A stretch of 64,000 nt of DNA from contig CALMIS010000275.1 of assembly GCA_937864185.1 (NCBI GenBank), forward strand, positions 13,125-77,124. Direction: 5' to 3'. The DNA comes from an uncultured Chloroflexota bacterium (GTDB lineage Bacteria; Chloroflexota; Anaerolineae; 4572-78; J111). Positions 47,978 through 57,500 of the stretch are shown one piece after another. The translations under genes and the position numbers were made by a program. The notes below the pieces were generated by a model. It searched no databases. It saw only the letters and a program-made list of their open reading frames with translations, and was not told the DNA's origin. Position 1 is the first letter of the stretch; each line of letters starts with the position of its first letter.

Positions 47978-49429
47978 ATGCAGAATCCGGCTCTCAACTT
48001 GCTGCGAAATTGGATTACCGCCGATGACCCACGCCTAGCTCTGCTAGGCGTTTGGTTTGTAATCCTGGTGACAGGCCTGTTGGCCGGCGCACTGTTTGGC
48101 GGCTTAGGCCCGATTTTGGCCATCGGGTTGGTGGGTGGACTAATCTTGGGCGGGCTGATGCTGCGCAGTATGCAGGTCGGCCTGGCGGCTTTGGTGGGCC
48201 TGATCTGTTTGTTGCCCTATGGCGCGCTGCCGTTCACAATTGGCTTTCGGCCCACGTTTTTGGATCTAGCCCTGGCCGCCTTATTCCTGGTCTGGGCAAG
48301 CCGCCTGATTACGGGCAGGCAGCGCACGTTTGTAACGTCGCCGTTGGGGGTGATGGTCTTAAGCTTTCAAGGCTGGGCGCTGTTTATCTTTATCTTTGGG
48401 CTGCGCTATGGGGGCCTAAATGTAACGGTGGCCCGTAATTTCCTGGAAGTGCTGCTGGCGGTCAGTCTGTTCTTTCTGGTGGTTAACCAGGTTAAGACGA
48501 TAACTCAGTTAACCCAGATTTCTCGGATTATCATCTTGGCCGGGAGCGGCACGGCTCTATTGGGTGTGGTCTTTTATGTTATGCCCGAAGCCTGGTCCGT
48601 ACAGGTGTTGTCGCTTTTACGCGTTTTCCAGTACCCCACCGAGGGCATTCTCCGCTATATCGAAGATGACCCGGAGCAGCCCATGCGGGCCATCTCGACC
48701 TCCATCGATCCCAATGCCCTGGGTGGCCTGTTGGTCTTCCTCACGATCATTACCCTGGTCCATCTTTTCGCGAAGCAGCCGGTTCTGAAGCGTCGCTATT
48801 TGCTGCCAATCGCGGCGCTAATGGTTTTGACCCTCTATCTGACCTTTTCCCGCAGCGCGTTGTTAGGCGTGGTCGCGGGTTTGGGTATCGTCAGTCTGCT
48901 GCGCTACCGCCGGCTGATCTGGCTGATGATCGCTGCCGCGGCCTTGGTGATCTGGCTGCCGCAAACCCAGGTTTACTTCGAGCGGCTGCTCGAAGGGCTA
49001 CGCGGGCAAGATCTGGCGACCCAAATGCGCTTTGGAGAATACAAAGATGCCTTCGAATTGATCAGCCGCTATCCCCTGACCGGCGTCGGCTTTTTTGGCA
49101 CGCCCGATATCGATGTTTATGTTGGGGTGTCAAGCGTCTATCTCCTCCTGGCCCAGCAGATGGGGTTGATCGGAGCAGGACTCTACTTTTCAACCGGGCT
49201 AGTCTATCTGGTTATCGTCTACGCCAGCCTGCGATCTTTGCCCCCGGCTCACCCGCTTGAGACTCCGCTGCTGGCCTACGGCGGCGCGACTCTGGGGGCG
49301 ATGTTTGGCGGAGTCTTCGACCATTTCTATTTCAACCTGACTTTTATCCACATCGCTGCTTTTTATTGGTTGTCGATGGGCCTGGGCATGGCCGCGGTCA
49401 TGCTGGCCCGAGAAATGAAAGCTAGTTAA
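47978..49429 (+). CDS. O-antigen ligase/polymerase-like (Wzy_C family) polytopic membrane protein
   Basis: 483 aa with about 10-12 TM helices and the central loop ...LTFSRSALLG... typical of the family. Confidence 0.65.
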   Translation: MQNPALNLLRNWITADDPRLALLGVWFVILVTGLLAGALFGGLGPILAIGLVGGLILGGLMLRSMQVGLAALVGLICLLPYGALPFTIGFRPTFLDLALAALFLVWASRLITGRQRTFVTSPLGVMVLSFQGWALFIFIFGLRYGGLNVTVARNFLEVLLAVSLFFLVVNQVKTITQLTQISRIIILAGSGTALLGVVFYVMPEAWSVQVLSLLRVFQYPTEGILRYIEDDPEQPMRAISTSIDPNALGGLLVFLTIITLVHLFAKQPVLKRRYLLPIAALMVLTLYLTFSRSALLGVVAGLGIVSLLRYRRLIWLMIAAAALVIWLPQTQVYFERLLEGLRGQDLATQMRFGEYKDAFELISRYPLTGVGFFGTPDIDVYVGVSSVYLLLAQQMGLIGAGLYFSTGLVYLVIVYASLRSLPPAHPLETPLLAYGGATLGAMFGGVFDHFYFNLTFIHIAAFYWLSMGLGMAAVMLAREMKAS

Positions 49430-49463
49430 GCCCTTACAGGTTTTCAAAACCGGTAAGGGCTTT
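49430..49463. terminator. bidirectional hairpin between convergent genes
   Basis: GCCCTTAC / GTAAGGGC outer stem with an inner GGTTTT/AAAACC pairing, then TTT. Confidence 0.6.
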
Positions 49464-49480
49464 CACGCTCCACCCCTATT

Positions 49481-51127
49481 TCACGCTCCGGCCTCCTGCT
49501 TTGCGGCCAAGTAGTCCGTGTAGCCTCCCAGGTAAGTGGCTAACGTCCCTCGTTCCGGCGCCAACTCGACCACCTGATCAACAACTTTATCCAAAAAGTA
49601 GCGATCGTGCGAAATGACAAAAACGGTCCCGTTGAACTGGTCGAGGGCGGTTTCCAGTACCTCGGCGGACTGGATGTCAAGGTTGTTGGTCGGCTCGTCG
49701 AGCAGGAGAAAGTTAGGTTCTTGCAGCATCAGGAGCGCAAATTGCAGCCGGCTGCGCTCGCCGCCGCTCAAACTGCCGACGGTTTGAGTTTTAGCCCGTT
49801 GGTAGGGGAACAAGAAGCGTCCCAAAAAGGCGATGGCTTGGTCCTCGTACATCGGCTTGAGGTCGCGCACGGTCTCGACCAGCGATTTGCCGTAGTCCAG
49901 GCTCTGGTGCTCCTGGGTGTAGATCCCCAACTTGACGCTCGGCCCGATTTTGATCAGGCCCCCGGTGGGCTGCTCCTGGCCCACGATGCACCGGAACAGC
50001 ACGCTTTTTCCGGCTCCGTTTGGCCCAACCAGACCGACCCGCATCCCGTGCCAGAGGGTCAGGTTGACTCCGGCCAAAATCAGGTCATCGCCAAAGGCTT
50101 TGACCAGGTCGATGATCTCCAGCACTTTATCCGAGCCACGCCAGCCATCGAACTGAAGCCCTATATTCTGCGCTTCAACGGGCTTATCGACTTTATCCAT
50201 CTGCTCGATCTGGCGGCGCTTGTTACGGGCCTGCTTGATGTGGCGCTCATCGACCACCAGCCGGGCCCACAACTCAAAGCGAGCAATGGCTGCCTCCAGC
50301 CTGGCGATCTCTTTTTGTTGGGCGGTGTACAACTGCGTCTGGCGCAGGCGGGCCAACTCTTTGGCGGCGACGTAAGCGCTGTAGTTGCCGTTGGGATAGA
50401 AGGTCAGCCGGCCGCCGTCTAGCTCAACGATGCCATCGGCGACCTCGTCCAGCAGGTAGCGATCATGGGAGACAATCAGCACCGCGCCGGCGTAGTTTTT
50501 GATAAACTGCTCCAGGCGCTGTTTGCCCGGGAGATCAAGGTGGTTGTCCGGCTCATCGAGCAGCAGCACCGCCGGTTGGGTAATGACCAGTTTGGTTAGA
50601 GCCAGCATCTTTTTTTGACCGCCGCTCAAAGCGGTCGTGGAGAGGTTGAACTCGGCCGGGTCGAAGCCAAGCTGACGTAGCGTGGCTTTGACAGTATTTT
50701 CGTAGCTCAGGCCGCCGGCTTCGGCGTAATCTTGGAGCAGGCGGGCCTGCCGGTCGAGCGCCCGGCTCAGAGCCGCCTCGTCGCCATAGACCGCCGGATC
50801 GCCGAGCGAAGCTTCGACTTGAGCGAGTAAAGCTTCGATCCGGGCCAACTGGCTGGACGCCGTTAGCGCTTCGCTCAGGACGGTGCGCTCCGTTTCAAAT
50901 ACGATTTCCTGGGGCAGATACTCCACCGTTATCCCTTTGGCAGCAATGACCTGCCCCTCGTCCGGCGGCAGTTGAGCGGCCAGCAGGCGGAGCAGGGTGC
51001 TTTTGCCGGCGCCATTCGGCCCGACCAGGCCGAGTTTTTCGTGGTGCTGGATGGCCCAGTTGAGGTTGGTCAGCCGCAGACCCTGAGGGTGGCTGAATGT
51101 GGCGCGATCCATTCGAATTGCAATCAT
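49481..51127 (-). CDS. ABC-F family ATPase (two ABC domains, no TM domain)
   Basis: Walker A GPNGAGKST and GPNGAGKSV. Signatures LSGGQKKM and LSGGERSR. Arg/Lys-rich interdomain linker. GGAGGA SD upstream. Confidence 0.9.
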   Translation of the reverse strand: MIAIRMDRATFSHPQGLRLTNLNWAIQHHEKLGLVGPNGAGKSTLLRLLAAQLPPDEGQVIAAKGITVEYLPQEIVFETERTVLSEALTASSQLARIEALLAQVEASLGDPAVYGDEAALSRALDRQARLLQDYAEAGGLSYENTVKATLRQLGFDPAEFNLSTTALSGGQKKMLALTKLVITQPAVLLLDEPDNHLDLPGKQRLEQFIKNYAGAVLIVSHDRYLLDEVADGIVELDGGRLTFYPNGNYSAYVAAKELARLRQTQLYTAQQKEIARLEAAIARFELWARLVVDERHIKQARNKRRQIEQMDKVDKPVEAQNIGLQFDGWRGSDKVLEIIDLVKAFGDDLILAGVNLTLWHGMRVGLVGPNGAGKSVLFRCIVGQEQPTGGLIKIGPSVKLGIYTQEHQSLDYGKSLVETVRDLKPMYEDQAIAFLGRFLFPYQRAKTQTVGSLSGGERSRLQFALLMLQEPNFLLLDEPTNNLDIQSAEVLETALDQFNGTVFVISHDRYFLDKVVDQVVELAPERGTLATYLGGYTDYLAAKQEAGA

Positions 51128-51194
51128 AAGTTATTCCTCCGTACCAAGATAAAGGCGTGGATCATCTCGTCGCCCCGGCTTGGCCGCAGGAATC

Positions 51195-51228
51195 AAAAAA
51201 CCGTGGACGACGGGTGCATCCACGGTTT
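51195..51228 (-). terminator. leader terminator T2 (proximal) upstream of the ABC-F gene
   Basis: Minus-strand AAACCGTGGA...TCCACGGTTTTTT, a stem of at least 10 bp with a U6 tract, 68 nt upstream of the ATG. Confidence 0.7.
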
Positions 51229-51243
51229 GAAACGAGTTTACAT

Positions 51244-51287
51244 AAAAAATTGCCGTGGGACGCACTACGAGTAGGCGTCCGCCACGG
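51244..51287 (-). terminator. leader terminator T1 (distal) upstream of the ABC-F gene
   Basis: Minus-strand CCGTGGCGGACGC-loop-GCGTCCCACGG (11 bp with a 2-nt bulge) followed by CAATTTTTT. Confidence 0.65.
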
Positions 51288-51353
51288 TGGAAGCTTGAAT
51301 AGAAAAGTTTAGGGAAAAATTGAGAGCCGAATTTTGGTAAATCACAAGCCGAA

Positions 51354-51381
51354 ATTATAGGACCTTGTTGCCCTGTGTCAA
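51354..51381 (-). promoter_or_regulatory. consensus sigma70 promoter for the ABC-F leader
   Basis: Minus-strand TTGACA (51381-51376), a 16-nt spacer and TATAAT (51359-51354). Confidence 0.7.
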
Positions 51382-51979
51382 ATTCCCCGTCGACGAGAAA
51401 TGCCGCGCCCGAGAACTGCCCCTGCCCCCAAGAGGGTCACCAGAGTTACCACGCCAGATGATCACCATAGAGATAGAGGTCATCTCGGAGGAGAAAGCCG
51501 GCGTAGTGCCAGGCTACCAGCCCTACGCCCACCAAGACAGCCAGGTCGATTGACAGACCAAGAGGAAATAAAGTAGGTTTGGAGGAGGTTAGATGATCAA
51601 GAACATACCTTACTTTTCGCAAGATGATCTGTATTGTTTTCATTATTGGCTAACAGTATGTACAATGGCCCTGCCAGCCGTTGGCGCACCCACTCAAAAT
51701 GGCGGCTACTTGCTCCTCGACTAGGCCTACCCGCCGGAAATAAAAGAACCGGGCACGAAAGTCCGTCCATAGGTAGATTAGTCTAAGGGTCACACCGCTG
51801 GGTGCGTTACGGATAGATGTGAACTAGGTTGGGAATTTTGATAGGAAAAAACCTGGAAAGAAACTTGGTGGCAGATAAGGTAACTTATTTGCCTGAATTA
51901 TAGAGCGTTATGAGGCGGTTTCAAATTCTTAACAAAGTAATATCAGGGTTTGACCTTACAGGAAGGAGAGAGTCTGGCG

Positions 51980-53149
51980 ATGAACATTCTGAGTTTTGAA
52001 GTCCCCACGGTTATGAAACATGGCCTCGGTGCGAGCCGCTCGGTTGCCTATGAAGCCAAAGATTTAGGGATGAGGCGTCCGCTCCTGGTGACCGATCCTG
52101 GCATCCTGCAGATCGGGCTCCTCGATCAGCTCATTGCTATCTTAGACGCGGCCAATCTGGACCATGTTGTTTTTAGTGAGGTTAAGCCTAATCCGTCAAT
52201 TGCTTTGGTGGATCAGGTCGCCGCCATTTTTAAAAACGAGCGCTGTGACGGCTTAATCGCCTTGGGTGGCGGCAGCTCGATGGATACGGCTAAGGCCGTT
52301 GGGGTGGTGACTGAGCATGGGGGGTCGATTTTGGATTATGAATGGGCGCCGCTCAATCCGATCAAGAAGCGAATTCCACCGACCATATGTCTGCCAACCA
52401 CGGCCGGCACCGGCAGCGAGGTTACCCTCTGGGCCGTGATTACCGATCCGGAGCGCAAAATCAAGTTCAACGTGGGCGGTAGCCCCTTGATTGGCGCCTG
52501 GTTGGCCCTGATTGATCCGGAACTGACGATGGAACTGCCCCCGGCCATTACAGCCGGCACCGGTATGGACGCCTTGGCCCACGCCGTAGAAAACTATACG
52601 ATGACCTACGCCCAACCCCTGTCCGACTCCGCGGCTTTACTGGCGATGGAGTACATCGGCGATTATCTGAGAGTGGCTTATGCTCAGGGACACAATACCG
52701 AAGCTCGTTACAAAATGAGTATGGCTGCTATGCTGGCCGGGCTAGCCTATGGCACGGTCAGCGCCGGCGCAGCCCACGCGATGAGCCAATCGGCGGGTGG
52801 GCTGGTAGATGCTCCGCACGGGCCGTTGACCGGTCGTTTGTTGGGGCCGGTCATGCGCTATAATATGATGGCCGAGCCCCGCAAGTTCGCCCGGATTGCT
52901 CAAGCCTTGGGCGAAGATATCCGGGGCCTGAGCATGTGGCAAGCTGCCGAGCGAGCCGTCGAGGCCGTGATGCGGCTCAGCCAGGATCTGGAAATCCCCA
53001 GCCTGCAAGCCTTGGGCTTTAAAGAAGAAACTATTCCTCTGTTGGCAGAAATCGCCTATAAAGATCCCCAGACGATTGGCAATCCCCGCCTCTTGACGGT
53101 AGAGAGCTATCGCCAAATTTATCAATGGGCCTTTAATTTGGGGAAGTAG
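51980..53149 (+). CDS. iron-containing (group III) alcohol dehydrogenase
   Basis: GGGSSMDTAKA NAD-binding motif and metal-binding His motifs (DALAHAVE, AHAMSQ). The ATG at 51980 has an AGGAGA SD. Confidence 0.85.
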   Translation: MNILSFEVPTVMKHGLGASRSVAYEAKDLGMRRPLLVTDPGILQIGLLDQLIAILDAANLDHVVFSEVKPNPSIALVDQVAAIFKNERCDGLIALGGGSSMDTAKAVGVVTEHGGSILDYEWAPLNPIKKRIPPTICLPTTAGTGSEVTLWAVITDPERKIKFNVGGSPLIGAWLALIDPELTMELPPAITAGTGMDALAHAVENYTMTYAQPLSDSAALLAMEYIGDYLRVAYAQGHNTEARYKMSMAAMLAGLAYGTVSAGAAHAMSQSAGGLVDAPHGPLTGRLLGPVMRYNMMAEPRKFARIAQALGEDIRGLSMWQAAERAVEAVMRLSQDLEIPSLQALGFKEETIPLLAEIAYKDPQTIGNPRLLTVESYRQIYQWAFNLGK

Positions 53150-53159
53150 GCCCAGAGTG

Positions 53160-54410
53160 CTACAAGGCCAAGATCTCAGCCGCGGCCCGGCGACCCGTTT
53201 CGATCGCGCCGTGGGTGGTGGCCAGATGACCCTGAGTATGAGTCGCCTCGCCGGCAAAGAATAGAGTCCATTCAACCGGTGTGGCCAGGTCAGCTCGCGC
53301 ATCACCGGCCCCGACCGGGGTGTAGGAATAAGAGCCTCGAGTCCATGGCTCGCGAGCCCAATCGACCATGCGGCCGGCCACATATCGCTGCCGGACGATA
53401 TCACCGTAAAACCCGGCCAGCTCGGACAGGCCTTGGTGGATGGCCCGGGCCTCGCCTAGGGCTCCTAAAAGGAGACTGGTGGGGCCACCGGTGTAGCCCA
53501 TCAGGACGGGAGTTTTGCGGGTGTAGACTGGCCACCAGGTGGTGACTAAGCCGTTGGTGTTAAGAAAGGCAAAAGGCTCCCAAAAGACCTCGTCGAACCA
53601 AAGGGCTAACTTGGTGACGCTGCCCATGGCCAGCCGATGGATAGCGTCTCGTTTGCGGGCCGGTAAGGCCGGCTGAAACATCGGCAGACCGGCCTGAAGC
53701 AGGCTTAAAGGTACGGTCACAATGAGGTGCCGGGCCTGGAGGGACTCGCCGTCGGCCAGCATGACCGTGGCCCCGGCACTGTTCCACTTGATCTGGTGAA
53801 CGGCTGCCTGCAAGCGAATATCCAACCCCTCGGCCAAAAAAGTGACCAGTTTATCGTAGCCACCGGCCACCCGGAAATTTTCCCAACCGGCCGTGGCGAC
53901 CGTCCGCTCGTAAGCCAGGGCCTGGACACTGAGGTGAGTGACGTTGGCGGCTTCGACATTCTCCAGGCGGCGCCGGACAAATCGGGCCGCCAGATCATCC
54001 CAATCGGTCTGCTGCTCAATAAACTCTGCCGCGCTTCGCTCCGGACCGTTGTATGTCTCAGCCAGTTTATATAACTGTTCGACCCGACCACTGAAATCCG
54101 GTGGATCGGTTACAAGCTGGCCACTCCAGGCGTACAGGCGCTTTGTATTTAAACCTTTTTTCTGAGGCCACGATTCTGTCTTGATCCGGCAGCTCTTGAT
54201 CAACTCCCAAATGGATGCCTTCTCGCCGTGGATGAACTCGGCGCCCAGTTCCACCGGGCCATGCGTGTGGTCAGTCCAGATACGGCCGCCCAGGCGCTCT
54301 CGGGCCTCCAAAACTAGCGGCGCTACGCCGGCCTGGCGCAGCCGCTGGCCTGCCGCCAAGCCGGCCAGCCCGGCCCCGATAATGACGATATCGTAGGTGG
54401 ATTGTGACAT
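53160..54410 (-). CDS. FAD-dependent amine oxidase (flavin monoamine/polyamine oxidase family)
   Basis: N-terminal dinucleotide fold DIVIIGAGLAGLAAG...LEARERLGGR and a C-terminal FFAGEATH motif. Confidence 0.8.
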   Translation of the reverse strand: MSQSTYDIVIIGAGLAGLAAGQRLRQAGVAPLVLEARERLGGRIWTDHTHGPVELGAEFIHGEKASIWELIKSCRIKTESWPQKKGLNTKRLYAWSGQLVTDPPDFSGRVEQLYKLAETYNGPERSAAEFIEQQTDWDDLAARFVRRRLENVEAANVTHLSVQALAYERTVATAGWENFRVAGGYDKLVTFLAEGLDIRLQAAVHQIKWNSAGATVMLADGESLQARHLIVTVPLSLLQAGLPMFQPALPARKRDAIHRLAMGSVTKLALWFDEVFWEPFAFLNTNGLVTTWWPVYTRKTPVLMGYTGGPTSLLLGALGEARAIHQGLSELAGFYGDIVRQRYVAGRMVDWAREPWTRGSYSYTPVGAGDARADLATPVEWTLFFAGEATHTQGHLATTHGAIETGRRAAAEILAL

Positions 54411-54591
54411 TATGCTGTCTCCCGCGAGTCTGCCATAAGGTTTTGAGCCGGGCTGTCATTGTTCAGCCATCTCCTCGGTCCAAGCATAATTGGAAGTGGG
54501 ACGAGGGGCAAATTCTGGTTGCTTACGGTTGTAATGCCCCTTGAAAGTCGGTATCATAGAGGAGATCAGCAGCGAGAGCTAAGCACAGCCT

Positions 54592-57500
54592 ATGGACAAG
54601 ACCGTGGAAGCCCTGGAAAATCAGCTTTCGACTTTAGAACAAGATCCCCAAGCCGGTCGGCACCGGCGGATCGATGCTATGAACGATCTGGCTTGGCTCC
54701 TCCTCAATCTTGATCCGCACCGGGCTTATTCCCTTAGCCAAACGGCTTACAACTTGGCCGGTCAGGGCGGAGTTTATCTCAAAGGCCGGATGTGTAGTCT
54801 TCGCAATATGGGACATATTAATTGTATGGCCTTTGGCCAAACGGACCTGGCTCTCGAACAAGCCAGTCAGGCACTCGTTTTGGCTGAGCAGCTTTCAGAC
54901 CGGCAGGTTCAAGCCCAAGCGCTGAACACTTTGAGCGGTTGCTACAGCCTCTTGGCCGATCACGCCGAAGCGCTTAAACTCAGTCTTCAAGCGCTTATGT
55001 TATGCCGGACCTGTGATGATCCCATCACCACGCTGATGGTCACGCACGATGTCGGCATCGCTTATGCCCGGGCTCAGCACTATTCGCAAGCCTTACAAAT
55101 GTTTCAAGGTGCTTACCAGATGGCTCAAAATCTGGAGAGTTCGCAATGGGAAGCCACCGCCCTCTCAAACCTAGGTACCTGTTATTCTGATCTCGGAAAT
55201 AATGAAGCGGCGCTGGCGTATTTGGAGCAGGCTATCTCATTGACCAAAACTTTAGGCATGGCCCATATGGAAGCAGCCGCGCTGGATAGCCTGGGCTCGG
55301 TTTTGTTGGCAACCCAAGAGTATGACCGGGCGATTTCGTGTTTTCAGCAGGCCATCCGGATCAGCGAGCAGGATGGTGACAAATCAAGTAAAGCAATATT
55401 TTTGAAGAATTTGGGACATACTTACTTTAAGCAGCACCGGGTAACCGAGGCGCTGGCTACATTACACCAGGCCTTAGCCTTGGCCGAGACAGCCAAAACC
55501 AAGGATCAAATTTTTGCGTGCCACCAACTTCTGGCTGAGATCTACCAAGCCCAGGGGGATCTGGCCCAAGCCCTGAGCCACTACAAACAATATCATGCGA
55601 TCAAAGAAGAGGTCTTCAACGAACAGGCCGATCGTAAGCTCAAGATGCTCCAGGTGATTCATCAAACCGAAGCTGCTCGGCGTGAAGCCGAACTCCAACG
55701 AGGCAAAGCTGCTGAACTTGAGCGCGAGGTCCTTGAACGCCGGGAAGCTGAAGCCGAATTGAAACGGCGGGCCGAAGAGATTGCTGCCTTGGTGGAGATC
55801 GGCCGGGAAATTAATGCCACGCTCGACTTGACGGTCGTGCTGGAGAAGATCGCTGTGCGGGCTCACGCTCTTCTGCGGGCTACGACGGTAGCCGTCTATC
55901 TGCCCCAGCCGGACGAAGTTGCGTTTCAACCTGTTGTAGCCGTGGGGGTCTGGGCCAAGGTGGTCAAAGAGTCGCGGGTCACCTTAGGTCAAGGTATTTC
56001 CGGTTTTGTCGCTCAGACCGGGGTCGCCGAGATTGTCCACGACTCTTATCAAGATCCCCGCGCCATCCACATTTCGGGCACCCCTTACCCGCCAGCCTCG
56101 GTTCAGGAGTCGCTGATGGCGGTGCCGCTCCTCTACGGAGAACGGGTGACAGGCCTGGTGGTGCTCTGGCGGGTGGCTAGCTCGGGACTGTTTACCAAGA
56201 CGGAACTAAACTTTGTGGTCGGGTTAGCCCAGCAGGCCGCCGTGGCGATTGAAAATGCACGCTTATTCGAGCAGGTGCACCAGCAACTCCACATCGCCGA
56301 AAGTTTGCGGGAAGTGGCTGTGGCCATCAGCAGCAGTCTTGATCTGGCCGCGGTTTTGGAGAGAATTCTGCAAGAATTGGGGTCAGTCGTTAAGTACGAT
56401 CGGGCCTCAATTTTCTTGCGTGATGGCGAGGAATTGGTCTTGACGGCCGGAGTACCTCTTCACGACATCGAACTGGGCAACCGGATCTATCTGATCTCCC
56501 CGGAGCCCGGTGCTAGGGTGTTTAACGAGCGGTCAAGCGTGTTAATCAACGATGTTCAGGCTGACCCCGAATGGGTGGTCTGGCCCGGGGCTGAAAATTA
56601 TCCAACCCGCAGTTGGCTGGCTGCCCCCTTGATGGTAGGTGACCAAGGAATCGGGATCTTATCGGTCGATCATTTTAAGGTGGACGCTTTTAACGAACGA
56701 GATACGTTCAATTTGCAGGCTTTTGCGGTCCATGCCGCGGTGGCAATTGAAAATGCCCGGCTTTTTGAGGCTGAGCAGGCGGCTAAACGAGCCTTGGCCA
56801 CCCGGGTTGAAGAGGCCTCTATTCTCAACCATATCATTCAAACCGTCACCCGCACCACCGACCTGGTCACTGCCTTGGAGATGGTGGCCGAAACGATCGT
56901 CTATCTCTTAAAAACCCGCAACACCGGTATTGCCCTACTCAACGAGGCAAAAACTGAGTTGGAAGTGGTGGCCAGCGCTTCCCTTGACCCCGACCATCCC
57001 AGTACCGTTGGCCTGAAGATCCCGGTGATCAATAACAGCTCATCCCAACTGGCGCTGGAGACCCAGCGCTCTCAAGTGATTGAACAGGCCCAATCGAATC
57101 CGGCCACCTTGGCCATCCACTCTGTCATGAAGGCGTTGAAGACTCAAGGCTTGATGATTGTGCCCCTGTTGGCCCGAGGTGAAGTCATCGGCACCATCGG
57201 CGTTGATACCGATCAACCAGACCGCGTTTTTTCCGCCGATGAGGTCCAGTTAGTGGAAACGATTGCCGGTCAGATTGCCGGCGTGATTGGTCAAGCTCGC
57301 CTGGTGGAGCAAGAGCAGCGCCAACGCCGGGTGGCTCAAAGTTTGCAGCAGGTCGCTTTAGCGCTGAACCGCAGTCTTAATCAGGGCACCGTGATGGATG
57401 AGATTTTGGCCCAGATCCGCCAGGTCATCGATTGCGATGGGGCTGGTTTGTTCTTAATTCAGGGTGATAATCTAGTCCTGTCTGGCGGTTTTGGCTTTGA

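Noticed and set aside
51265-51343. 26-aa GTG-initiated leader peptide ending in the loop of terminator T1 (minus strand, coordinates given 5' to 3').
   Set aside because: It is attractive mechanistically, but the GTG sits only about 9 nt from the -10 element, so there is no room for an SD, and leaderless initiation normally needs AUG. I keep it only as a possibility within the ABC-F leader finding.
51740-51830. RNase P RNA, suggested by GAAAGTCCGTCCATAGG.
   Set aside because: Only the CR-I-like string is present. The ACAGAANNCGGCTTA-type CR-IV/V blocks and the ~350-nt architecture are absent. The same GAAAGTCCG string also occurs in the riboswitch region, so it is not diagnostic.
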